Source: an uncultured Verrucomicrobiae bacterium (lineage in GTDB: Bacteria > Verrucomicrobiota > Verrucomicrobiia > Limisphaerales > Palsa-1400). Taken from it: a stretch of DNA of 64,000 nt. Made by a program: the position numbers and the translations under genes. The stretch is taken from the NCBI GenBank assembly GCA_963707025.1, contig CAVPOM010000010.1:64001-128000 (forward strand), given 5' to 3'. Positions 10,240-19,682 of this stretch are shown here, one piece after another; within the stretch, counting starts at the first letter, position 1; every line of letters starts with the position of its first letter. The notes beneath the pieces were generated by a model, which was given only the letters and a program-made list of their open reading frames with translations, was not told where the DNA came from and ran no database searches.

Positions 10240-11315
10240 ATGATTCGTGGACCTTGCCCACTGTCTTCATACTTCGCCAGGCGATGGATGTAATCCGCCG
10301 CGAAGCTCTCGGTTCTGATGTGGAGACGGGCGGAATCCTGATTGGTGCAAGGTCGGGCGATGGAGCAGTGCTTGTCACCCACGCGACCCCTCCCGGCCCG
10401 CAGGCGGTTCACCATGCCTACTATTTCCAGCGCGACGTGGCATATCAGCAGACTCTGCTGAAAAAGCTGCACGAGCAATACGGCGTGCAATATCTGGGTG
10501 AGTGGCACAAGCACCCTCGAAATCTGCCTGTGCCTAGTGGCGGTGATGCCAAAGGCGTGCATGATCTGCTTCATGATCGCGATTACGGTGTGGACGGCAT
10601 CCTCTTTCCCATCATCATTTGTGAGTCGGACTTGGGGTTTCAACTGCACCCTTTCTACGTAACCCGGCTTGATCCCGAGATGCATTTTCATCCCATGAAA
10701 TGGCACGAGATTAACTTGGCGATGGAGCCGGATCGCGCATTCACCCAATCCTTTTTTCAAAGGACCAAGCCTGTCAGTCAGAGGAAGGAAACAACGGAGG
10801 AGGAGCTTTCCGCATCTGCTGGATCACAGCCTGCGCAAGAAGGAGTTTGGAGGAAGCTCGCGAGTTGGATACCACTGCCGTTCTTTTCGGAAGACGGACA
10901 GAAGACACCTGCAAGCGGAGTTTTGAAGGACAAGTCTTCGCAAGACGCGCCGTCTGAAAAGTCACTCCGCTGGTATGAGGCTCAAAACGGACGCTCATTG
11001 CTTGCCAAGGAACAGAGTCTTCTCCGCTCCTTTGGTTTGAAGGCAGAGCCGTTCCTGATAGGCGAAGGCAACTTGTGTTTTTCTTTCCCCCGAACCAGCG
11101 GACGGGAAATTGTGGTCGTGTGTTCCAAGCAACATCCGGCTCGTGCTCCCCAAGTCCTAATTCGAAGCTCGCCGTCTGCGAAGCATCAAACCATACAAGA
11201 TGTGGAATGGACACCGCAAAGCATGCTTGCGGACGTCATCGTGCCCCTGTTAGGGCCGGAAATTCAGTCGCCGGCAATTGTGTTTGCCGATGACTCGGTA
11301 AAAGCGCAAACGTAG
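10236..11315 (+). CDS. JAB/MPN (JAMM) metallo-isopeptidase fused to a degenerate E2-fold domain
   Basis: ETGGILIG...GEWHKHP...PSGGD (E-HxH-S-D); C-terminal WY..LLAKE...HPARAPQV...WTP. Confidence 0.9.
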   Translation: MNDSWTLPTVFILRQAMDVIRREALGSDVETGGILIGARSGDGAVLVTHATPPGPQAVHHAYYFQRDVAYQQTLLKKLHEQYGVQYLGEWHKHPRNLPVPSGGDAKGVHDLLHDRDYGVDGILFPIIICESDLGFQLHPFYVTRLDPEMHFHPMKWHEINLAMEPDRAFTQSFFQRTKPVSQRKETTEEELSASAGSQPAQEGVWRKLASWIPLPFFSEDGQKTPASGVLKDKSSQDAPSEKSLRWYEAQNGRSLLAKEQSLLRSFGLKAEPFLIGEGNLCFSFPRTSGREIVVVCSKQHPARAPQVLIRSSPSAKHQTIQDVEWTPQSMLADVIVPLLGPEIQSPAIVFADDSVKAQT

Positions 11316-11328
11316 AAAGATAAGACTT

Positions 11329-11526
11329 ATGCCAAGAGACAACACCATTGATAACCTGGAGGAAATCGCCCGCCAACTCGATGAACGCAAGCCGGTATTC
11401 GTCAGCGTGGACGGACAGATTCATGACGCAGAAAAACTGAGTCAGGAGGACGCGCATGAGCGTGGGCCTGTGACCCAGTTGAAACCAACAACGTGGTATC
11501 GCACATGGAAAGGAGAAGGATTGTGA
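11329..11526 (+). CDS. Small 65-aa protein, candidate modifier peptide
   Basis: Lies between JAB and E2; its stop overlaps the E2 GTG (GTGA); weak ThiS-like resemblance. Confidence 0.7.
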   Translation: MPRDNTIDNLEEIARQLDERKPVFVSVDGQIHDAEKLSQEDAHERGPVTQLKPTTWYRTWKGEGL

Positions 11527-11984
11527 ATCTCGCGCGCTTGAAGCCAGTCACTTGGTATGCCTGGCACGATAAGATGCCGACGCGGTTGCGGCAGGAAACG
11601 GAGGCAATGCACAGTCGTTTTCCGGATTTCAAGCTGACCCGTGGCAACGATGGCAAGCTCGGTTGGGTGGGAAAGTTGAAATCAAATCGCGGCAATAGCT
11701 ACCGCGTCCTGATTGATTATCCGGAGAACTTTCCACATGAAGAACCAAGGGCGTTCATCATTGAGCCGCGTTTTGTCTGTCAGCACATGTGGAAGGATGG
11801 GCATCTCTGCCTCATGTATCCCGACGGCGGCACTTGGCAGACAAACACGACGTGCGCAACTATGGTTGCCATCGTGGCGGCGTGGATTTTCTCGTTTGAG
11901 AGTCATCAGGCGAATTGTCGAGGCAGCAGCGGCAAACCATGCATGGACCCGCATTGCAAACATTGGCCTGGGAAGAAACTCTAA
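11523..11984 (+). CDS. Prokaryotic E2 (ubiquitin-conjugating-like) enzyme with catalytic Cys
   Basis: YRVLIDYPENFPHEEP...HMWKDGHLCL...W; AAGGAG RBS before GTG 11523. Confidence 0.85.
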   Translation: MNLARLKPVTWYAWHDKMPTRLRQETEAMHSRFPDFKLTRGNDGKLGWVGKLKSNRGNSYRVLIDYPENFPHEEPRAFIIEPRFVCQHMWKDGHLCLMYPDGGTWQTNTTCATMVAIVAAWIFSFESHQANCRGSSGKPCMDPHCKHWPGKKL

Positions 11985-11997
11985 AGACATCCCTACC

Positions 11998-13005
11998 ATG
12001 ACAGCCAACCCGCCCAATAGCACATCGTCGCGAGCGCAATCTCAGTATCCCAAGCCTAGCTTGCAATCGCGCCCGATTCTTGAGCGGTTGTCTAATTCCG
12101 CCGCCCGGACGCTCCGCCCGGATTCGCTTTTGCTTGAGGAACTTTTGACATCACTCAAGAAAGATCAGTTTGTTCTGCAAATGTTGCGGGAGGAGTTGCG
12201 CCGGTATCGGGATGGAAAAGTCTCTCCGGAATTGGTGTCCCGTGCGGCCGTCCGGGTCGAGCAACTGGAGAACGAGTGTGATCTGCTGGGCGCCAATGCC
12301 GCGCTGATGTGTGGGGCAACCGCCAAGGCCACGTTGTTGCTCCGGGGATTGATTCAGAAAGATTCCAGCAATTTGGCAGAATCCAGCCGGCCTTTACTGT
12401 TCAAATTATTGATTTCCATCGCTTGGGTCGTCGAGGATGCTTCCGTAGCCGAGACTTTCCTTCAGCGGGCTGCGACCGAGGATCAGCAGGGAGACTATGC
12501 TCAGTATCTGGCAGGGGTGAATCGGTTGTTACAAGCGCGCGCTGAATTGCGTCAGAAGAAACCCGATGCTGCGGTTAGACTTTGCCAAGCGATGGGCCGG
12601 GAGACTCGACCTGACGATCCACTCCGAATTCTGGCCTTGGAACTGCAGGCGGATGCCTTTCGTCAGTTGGGAGATGAGAAGCGCGAGCAGGACGTTCTGG
12701 AAGATTGGGAAGGTCTTTTGAAGCGACTGCCGAACGGCCCTTGCGACCTGGCTGTTGAAGCGGAGACGACCACCACCGCGCCTGGCATTTCAGGTGGACC
12801 AAGGTCACACGAGATTCTGGAACACTTCAGCCGGCTGGCCTTCCACTTCGAGCGCAATTCAGACACGCGGAATTACGCGAAGGGAATTCTCACAAAGTTT
12901 CTCAACACCGCCCAACATGAGTGGATAGATCCAAATCAACCCGTGGCGGGCACAATTCGTGAACGAATGGCCCGTCTTGAATCCCCACCAAGAAACCTCC
13001 ACTGA
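11998..13005 (+). CDS. Helical (TPR-like) hypothetical protein
   Basis: ATG 11998 just after the E2 stop; all-helical pattern. Confidence 0.7.
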   Translation: MTANPPNSTSSRAQSQYPKPSLQSRPILERLSNSAARTLRPDSLLLEELLTSLKKDQFVLQMLREELRRYRDGKVSPELVSRAAVRVEQLENECDLLGANAALMCGATAKATLLLRGLIQKDSSNLAESSRPLLFKLLISIAWVVEDASVAETFLQRAATEDQQGDYAQYLAGVNRLLQARAELRQKKPDAAVRLCQAMGRETRPDDPLRILALELQADAFRQLGDEKREQDVLEDWEGLLKRLPNGPCDLAVEAETTTTAPGISGGPRSHEILEHFSRLAFHFERNSDTRNYAKGILTKFLNTAQHEWIDPNQPVAGTIRERMARLESPPRNLH

Positions 13006-13035
13006 CGACCGCAAATCCAATTCCGCCCTACCGGC

Positions 13036-13626
13036 ATGGAGATCATTGAACCCAACCGTGCTTTCGGAAGGGTTTCAGACAAAGCTATTGAAGAATTGCT
13101 CAATAAGCTGACGACCATGCCGGGCGCAGCTTACTGCGCGGTCGTGGTCGGCAAGGTAGAAGTCAAGGAACGTCAGTTTCGCGTGGACCGGAAACAAGGA
13201 GACCCGGTAGATCAGTTGCTGGCGGCACTCGGTGAACTCCATGCGGAATCTTCCAGCGGCACGCCTGCCATTCAGCCTGAAAAAACTGGCGTTATCTCGA
13301 AGGGACAACCCATGCAGTGGATCGCGCTGAACCATGAGGAACGCGCACCCGACATTCGCGCTCTTTCCTTCGGCCTCCGGGTGGATCAGGTGGGTGACGA
13401 AATGGATTTGTCGCTGCATCTCCTATTCACCTATACGCCACCGTTGGGGGCCGATGATCGTGACGAACTGGCCGGGCTGCTGCGCAAGAAGCCGGAGGAA
13501 CTTGGCGGCTACCGCGCCTTGGAGGCGGGAGTTGTGGACCTGATCAAGCGGGCTGCTCGACGGGTCGGACAAAGAGCCGGTGGTTCAGTCGGTCGCCAAC
13601 AAAGGAAAGGTCCGGTGCGCTTGTGA
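13036..13626 (+). CDS. Hypothetical protein (196 aa)
   Basis: Operonic ORF with a GTGA overlap into the ATPase. Confidence 0.75.
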   Translation: MEIIEPNRAFGRVSDKAIEELLNKLTTMPGAAYCAVVVGKVEVKERQFRVDRKQGDPVDQLLAALGELHAESSSGTPAIQPEKTGVISKGQPMQWIALNHEERAPDIRALSFGLRVDQVGDEMDLSLHLLFTYTPPLGADDRDELAGLLRKKPEELGGYRALEAGVVDLIKRAARRVGQRAGGSVGRQQRKGPVRL

Positions 13627-16312
13627 AGTCAGATTTCCTCAAGATTTCCTTTCTCCCGGATCTCGCCATGCCGAAATACGGCGCGCGGTATGGTGCATCA
13701 GCGGCAAAGTGTGCCGGCGGCGTCCTTGCGAACATTCTGGGGCTGCTCGAACCCGAAACCGGAGATTGGCTGCTACTCCGCTACTTTTACCAACCAGATT
13801 CAAAGTTGCCCCAAGACCGGCTTCGGTTATTCGTCCGTGTTCATGCCGGGGACAAAGTTGCGGGTAAGTTCCAATTCCCCGGCGAGCATCTTCTGAAGGA
13901 ATTCTATTCCTGGACGCCTGTTGCGCCAGACCAAATCGGTTTGGGTTTCCAGGATGAGTCGGCACCGTTGTTCGTCGTGGATCGGAATGAGGAGTTGCTT
14001 CACGACCCCGAAAAAGACCTTCTGCATTACGCTCCCGTCGCCTTCCTGGAAGATCAGCCTACTCTGGCTGACGGGTTGAATATCGAACGCTTTGTTCCAT
14101 TCGCTTACTGTTCCGTGCCTCGTTGATATCAGCGCCCGGCCCCTGGAGTTAACTGATGGGGTTGGTCAGGCGCTGCTTTCGTTGCTGCGCGATCTGGACC
14201 GCCATGCTTCCGCGTTTGATCCCGAGCGGCGGGACGCAGGCTCCATCGAGGACCTTTCGCGCCAACACGATTTGCTCGCGGCCAGGCATAAGGATTTCTA
14301 TCAGCAGTATTTTGACACGCTGTATTCTGGTCGGATTTGTGAATTCGGCATCCGCGTGATGTCCGCAGACAAACGGGAAGGAGCATTGGTCGCGCGTTCT
14401 TTGGCCGAAGCCCTTGGTGCTGGCGGCAAGGCGCGAGTCCGGGAAAGACCTTCCGGCAAGACCCCGCTTCGCATGGCTGTTCGTGCTGGGGAACACTTTG
14501 TAGAGCAATCCAAGTTGGCCAACGGCGCGGTTTGTTTCTCTGACCGGCTGGCCGGTGTCCCCAAAAAGCTGCAAACAGCAGTTGAGGAGCAGTTCCTTCG
14601 CGCCACGGAGTTGTCGCACCTGTGTTTTTTGGCGGACATGCAAACGGCGGGTCGCATGCTCACATTGCCGACTTCGGATGGGCTTTACCTGCGAACGATA
14701 CGCATCGAAAGCGAGATGCGCGGTGTGCGACCGGGCGGCAAAGAAAAGCAGGGGCTAATCGAGATCGGCACGGAAGCAGAGCGACCGTCCAATCTCGCCG
14801 TTGGACTGGACCAAGCCCAGAAGCATCTTTTCGTCGCCGGCGTGACCGGCAGCGGCAAGACCACGACCATTCTGAATATCCTCCAGCAACTTTGGGAGAA
14901 ACACCAAGTTCCCTTTCTGGTGTTGGAGCCTGCCAAGAGCGAATACCGAATCCTTGCGGACGGCAAAGGAAAGCTGGCAAACGATTTGAGGATCTATTCA
15001 CCTGGCAACGAACGGCTCTCGCCATTCCGCTTCAACCCGCTGGAAGTTCCCTCCGGTGTGACAGTCGAGGAACACATTTCCGCGCTGGAGACCTGTTTCG
15101 CCGGGGCCATCCCAATGTCAGGCGGTCCGCTGCCAAGCCTGATCAGCGAGGCAATCGTGAGATGTTACGAAGAGGCGGGTTTCAGTCTGGGCGACGAGGA
15201 GAGCATAGGCCGACCGTGGCCCACCATGAAGACGCTGGTTTCCTCCTGCGAGGAAGATCATGGAAAATCGCGGTTACGTCGGCGAGGTGAAGGCCAACCT
15301 TCAGACCGCCATTGATGTTCGGCTCAACTCGCTCTGCCAACGCAGTGTCGGGCGCATGTTCTCCTTCAATCATTCGTTCCCGTCGCTCGACGAACTGATG
15401 CGCTGGCCGACCATTTTGGAGATGGACGCTTTGAATCTCGATCAGCAAAACCTCCTGGTGCTGTTCCTACTGAACTCCATCCGGGAACGGCTTACCCGGC
15501 AGGGTCCGGCCAAGGGCTTGAAACATGTGATCGTGCTGGAGGAGGCGCATAATCTCATCGGGGTGCAGAGCGCCAAGGGACAGGTGTTTGAGGATTTCGC
15601 CGACCCGCGTGGCCATGCCGCGCGTTTTCTCGTGCGCATGCTGGCGGAGATTCGCGCTTTTGGTGAGGGAATCATGGTGGTGGACCAATCTCCTGCCGCC
15701 ATTGCGCCCGAAGTGCTCAAGAACACAGCGGTCAAAATCGTGCATCGGACTGTTTCCGAAGACGACCGGGATGCGCTCGCGGCAGCCATGCTGATGGACA
15801 AGTATGCACATGAGGAATTAGCCCGGTTGGAAGTGGGCGAAGCGTTTGCCTACAACGAACGACTCTACCGTCCCGTGCGCGTGCGCTCGCCATACGTTAT
15901 CGAAGGGATGACCAGACCAGATGACCTGTCTCTACAGAAGCATGTGGCCTCGGCTGATTGGTATCAAGCGTCGCAGGAGCGCAGGCTCGATAATTTGCAG
16001 CGCAAGCTGGAACAGCTTCGCAATGCACTGCGGAAGGGCTTGGTTGCATCTCTCCGTGAAGCTAAGCATCCCGAGTTTGGCAAGGATGTCCGGACTTGGC
16101 ACGACTCGTTGCTCGTGCTGGTTGAACAATTTCGTCTCAAGTCAAAACAGATTATCGCTGACGCCATGTTGGATCGGGCGTTGAGTGACAGCGCGACGAA
16201 GATTGGGAATTCCCATCTGGAGCGGATTCGAGAACTGGAGTTGGAGGCAGCAAAACAAATACCCCGGAGGAAATATGCCGCGAAAAAGCAAAAGCGAATT
16301 GCAGGAAAATAA
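13623..16312 (+). CDS. HerA/FtsK-superfamily (DUF87-type) ATPase with long N-terminal region; frameshifts near 14092 and 15256
   Basis: HLFVAGVTGSGKT, LVLEPAKSEY, FNPLE, HVIVLEEAH, VVDQSP across three ORFs joined by single-base indels. Confidence 0.88.
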
Positions 16313-16787
16313 GCAGGAACGCGAAGAGCGAACCGACGCTGAAGAAGAAGTCTCTGCCGAAATCAAAGACGATGCCGATTCTGCCCAATCAGATTGGTCG
16401 GGTCAGGACGATCCGGTGTTGAGCGATACGGCTGATGCGCTGAACGCTGCGGCCGAGGCGCTAAAGTCGGACATCCAAGGGCAGCACGGAGAACAGGCAG
16501 AGAAAGTGGACGAGTCCATCGAGACCCAGCGGAAAGAGGTCAGCGAACCTGCTCGTGAAGACGAATCCATTGAACGCTCGGCGGGTGATGAACTGGATGC
16601 CGCCTCTGGTCGAAACAAACGTTTTGGGAAGAATCTCTCGGATGCTGGCGAACAGCGCCGTGATGCCGAGCAGTTTTTGGCGGAGCTTGCCGAAACTGAT
16701 GAGGCCGATCAGGAACAAAGCAAGGAAACACTCGACGCACATCGCCGGGCCGTCGAGCAGGCGATTCAGAACATCCGGGAGTTTTAG
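16275..16787 (+). CDS. Acidic coiled-coil protein with a WSG motif at residues 41-43
   Basis: GGAGG RBS before ATG 16275; all-helical and E/D/A-rich. Confidence 0.8.
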   Translation: MPRKSKSELQENKQEREERTDAEEEVSAEIKDDADSAQSDWSGQDDPVLSDTADALNAAAEALKSDIQGQHGEQAEKVDESIETQRKEVSEPAREDESIERSAGDELDAASGRNKRFGKNLSDAGEQRRDAEQFLAELAETDEADQEQSKETLDAHRRAVEQAIQNIREF

Positions 16788-16805
16788 AAGGTTCGGAGAA
16801 TTCCC

Positions 16806-17762
16806 ATGAGCAACCTGAACAAATACGGCGAGATCGAGGATGGTGGATGCCCTCACTGCGGTAATCCGATCAAGCCTGATTGGGTGGCTTGTCCAGAATG
16901 TGGCGAGCTTCTGGAGTCACCCAAGCCAGAACCATCTGAGGTGCGAGAACCCGAAAAAAGGGGCGTTCAAACGGTTTCTCCCCAGATTAACCCCCGCCCA
17001 ACACTGTCCGAGGATTTGCGTTGCCGCGTCCTTGCTGATTACCACGAGCTTTCCGACCTGAAGCGCTTTCGTCAGCGCTTCTCATCCATTTCGGGGGAGA
17101 GTCGAGTTGGTGAATGGCAGCGGGCTGCGAAGGTTGGGATGCCAGAAGCTCAATATCTCCTCGCCTGCTGTTATTTCTTGGGAAAGGGTGTTGCCCAAAA
17201 TGACGAGGAGACTGTTCGATGGGTCCGAAAGGCGGCGGAAAGAGGCATTCATAACGCGCAGTTTTTCTTGGCAGTATGTTATAGCAATGGTTTCGGCGGC
17301 TTGCCCAAGGATCAAGCGCAGGCAGACCGGTGGTCAGAGCGCTACCCTATATCCGATTTAAGTGAAGCAGAGTTGGACCGGTGGATAGAGAATGCGAAGC
17401 TGGTGGAAGACTTGGTCTTCAAGAAACAAAAGGGATATTGTTTCATTACAACGGCTGCGGTTCAGTCGCTTGGCCTTAACAACGACTGTCGTGAATTGAA
17501 TCTTCTGCGGGCCTTCCGCGACTCCTACATGCGGGCGACGCCTGCACGGTGCCAGCAGGTCACACTGTATTATTCCCTTGCTCCGCGCATTGTGTGCCAA
17601 ATCGAGTCGAGAGCTGATGCTGCATCAATATGGCGACACCTGTGGTTTGGCCACATCCAGCCTGCTGTCGCAGCCATTGAGAGGGGTGCCCTCCAAAAAG
17701 CTCACAAGGGCTATGCGGCAATGATACGCGAAGCGTCGCGACGATTTCTTCCACCAGCATGA
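16806..17762 (+). CDS. NKYGE-leader zinc ribbon + Sel1 repeats + CFI-box-CTERM domain protein
   Basis: AQYLLACCYFLGKGVAQN..W.RKAAERG (Sel1); GYCFITTA...LRAFRD...YY..AP. Confidence 0.88.
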   Translation: MSNLNKYGEIEDGGCPHCGNPIKPDWVACPECGELLESPKPEPSEVREPEKRGVQTVSPQINPRPTLSEDLRCRVLADYHELSDLKRFRQRFSSISGESRVGEWQRAAKVGMPEAQYLLACCYFLGKGVAQNDEETVRWVRKAAERGIHNAQFFLAVCYSNGFGGLPKDQAQADRWSERYPISDLSEAELDRWIENAKLVEDLVFKKQKGYCFITTAAVQSLGLNNDCRELNLLRAFRDSYMRATPARCQQVTLYYSLAPRIVCQIESRADAASIWRHLWFGHIQPAVAAIERGALQKAHKGYAAMIREASRRFLPPA

Positions 17763-18253
17763 GCGCACTCAACAAATATGGTGAATTGGAGGAAGGCAAC
17801 TGCCCTAAATGCGGCAAGCCGATCAAACCAGACTGGAAGGCTTGTCCAAGTTGCGGCCACAGCTTCGACCGCAAAACAGTAACCGAATCGCACAATCAAA
17901 ACGCGGCTCAAGCGCGGACGCTGCTGAAACAACTCCAAACTGCCGTCAATGAATATTCTGCCCTTGAGGCTCGACGTGGGTTGGCCGAAGAAGCTGTCAA
18001 TCAAATTTACGGTTTGAAAGGTGAAGAATGGCTGGATGAACTGGGGAGGATCGAGCAAAAATTCGATGCATCTTCGAAGCGGATACTGGAGCTGATCGAA
18101 AGGTGCAAATGCCTTTGTCGCGATTTGGAAATTAATCTTGGAATGAGCGTTCGAGAGAGTGCGGAGTTGGAGGGAAAATGTGAATTGCTAAAGTGGAGCA
18201 AACAAGGGGTTCAATCACGGCTTGACTATTACAGAGCAAAGATTCTCAACTAA
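17759..18253 (+). CDS. NKYGE-leader zinc ribbon + helical domain protein
   Basis: MSALNKYGELEEGNCPKC..CPSC; ATGA overlap. Confidence 0.85.
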   Translation: MSALNKYGELEEGNCPKCGKPIKPDWKACPSCGHSFDRKTVTESHNQNAAQARTLLKQLQTAVNEYSALEARRGLAEEAVNQIYGLKGEEWLDELGRIEQKFDASSKRILELIERCKCLCRDLEINLGMSVRESAELEGKCELLKWSKQGVQSRLDYYRAKILN

Positions 18254-18255
18254 AA

Positions 18256-18675
18256 ATGTCAGACCTGAACAAATATGGCGAGCTTGATGAGAGCGCATGC
18301 CCCAAGTGCGGTCATGTTGTTCAACCAGATTGGAAGACCTGTCCTTTCTGCTCAACCAAGCTCGAATCAACCAAGTGCTCCAAGTGCGGACGCCCGCTGA
18401 AGGTAGAATGGAAAACCTGCCCATGGTGTGGTGACAAAGACCCCGGCTTAGGTTCCATTAAAGAAACATGCGTCCGTTGTAGCCAGAGGGCCGATTTGGG
18501 GCCGGTTTATCAGTGTCCAGACTGCGCGAGCGTTGTGCATACCTACTGCGCGACCGTCGGCAAGCGAGTGAGCCAGAGTGGAAGCTACAGTATCCTATCC
18601 CAGTGCGAGGTTCATTGCCCAAGGTGCGGTAAGCTGCTCGGAACACGTGAGGACTGTGTCGAACCGCGCAAATAA
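18256..18675 (+). CDS. NKYGE-leader double zinc ribbon + C4HC3 RING/PHD-like finger protein
   Basis: Two CxxC..W..CPxC ribbons, then CVRC..CPDCxxxxHxxC..CPRC. Confidence 0.85.
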   Translation: MSDLNKYGELDESACPKCGHVVQPDWKTCPFCSTKLESTKCSKCGRPLKVEWKTCPWCGDKDPGLGSIKETCVRCSQRADLGPVYQCPDCASVVHTYCATVGKRVSQSGSYSILSQCEVHCPRCGKLLGTREDCVEPRK

Positions 18676-18685
18676 TGGAACAATT

Positions 18686-19663
18686 ATGAAACAGCGCAAA
18701 ACCAACGATCAAACCCGTTCACGGACAAAGCGCGCCAAACCCGCGTCCGTGAATGATGTCTTTTCCCGTATTCGAGGGATTTTTGAAACAAAGATGCTTT
18801 CTGGAAAAAGGGTGGCCATTATCGGCCTTGGCACTGGCGGGTCGGTATGCGCCGACCAGTTGGCGCGATGCGCTGTGGATCACTTTCGATTGGTGGATTT
18901 TGACCGGTTGGAAATCCACAATATCGCCCGTCATACCTGCGGCTGTAGTGACATTGGCCGGTTCAAGACCGAGGCGGTAGCTGACCGCATCCGGAATGTG
19001 AACCAGCAGGCCGAAGTCGAGACTTTCGAGGAGGATGTGGTCAAGAAACCGGACTTACTCGAAAAAGTCATCAGCGGCAGCAGCCTGGTGCTGGCTTGCA
19101 CGGACAATAATCGTTCCCGTTACGCAATCAACGAAACCTGCCTCCGTCTCGATGTGCCGGCGGTCTATGCCGGAGCGTATGAACGGGCGTTCGGAGGATT
19201 CGTGATGCGGGTCGTTCCAGGGAAAACTCCCTGTTACGACTGCGTGTATGGCGCTCTCCAGCAATCCTTGGGTGCGGCTCCCCACAAGCCTGGGCCTATT
19301 GCCTATTCAGAGTTGGAGGATGCCTCAGAGTTCAAGGCGGAGCCGGGTCTGTGCGTTGATGTCCACATGATCGCGCTCATCCAATCCAAGATGGCCTTGC
19401 TGACGCTGCTTCGCGGGATGGACAGCAAGCTGGAGGATTTCCCAGCCGATTTCCTGCTTTGGGGCAATCGAAAGGAATGGATTTTCCCGGAGCCGCTTTA
19501 CTGCAAATTCGCCAAGACCTCATTCCGGGCAGATTGCCCGACTTGCCAGGCTGCAAAGTTGCGCAACGAAGATCTTGCTAAAGCCAAAGAGGAAGCCCGG
19601 CGGATCATTGAGGGAGCCGCATACGACCCTGCCCTAATGCAGAGTGTCCGGCAGACAAAATGA
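18686..19663 (+). CDS. ThiF/MoeB/E1-family adenylyltransferase
   Basis: IIGLGTGGS, DFDRLEIHNIARH, CTDN, Zn-binding pairs CYDC and CPTC. Confidence 0.93.
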   Translation: MKQRKTNDQTRSRTKRAKPASVNDVFSRIRGIFETKMLSGKRVAIIGLGTGGSVCADQLARCAVDHFRLVDFDRLEIHNIARHTCGCSDIGRFKTEAVADRIRNVNQQAEVETFEEDVVKKPDLLEKVISGSSLVLACTDNNRSRYAINETCLRLDVPAVYAGAYERAFGGFVMRVVPGKTPCYDCVYGALQQSLGAAPHKPGPIAYSELEDASEFKAEPGLCVDVHMIALIQSKMALLTLLRGMDSKLEDFPADFLLWGNRKEWIFPEPLYCKFAKTSFRADCPTCQAAKLRNEDLAKAKEEARRIIEGAAYDPALMQSVRQTK

Positions 19664-19682
19664 GTCGAACCCTTTTCACCGT

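Noticed and set aside
8147..19663. Type II CBASS or Bil assignment
   Set aside because: The NTase is a small MNT-type rather than a CD-NTase, and no clear beta-grasp ubiquitin-like gene is present
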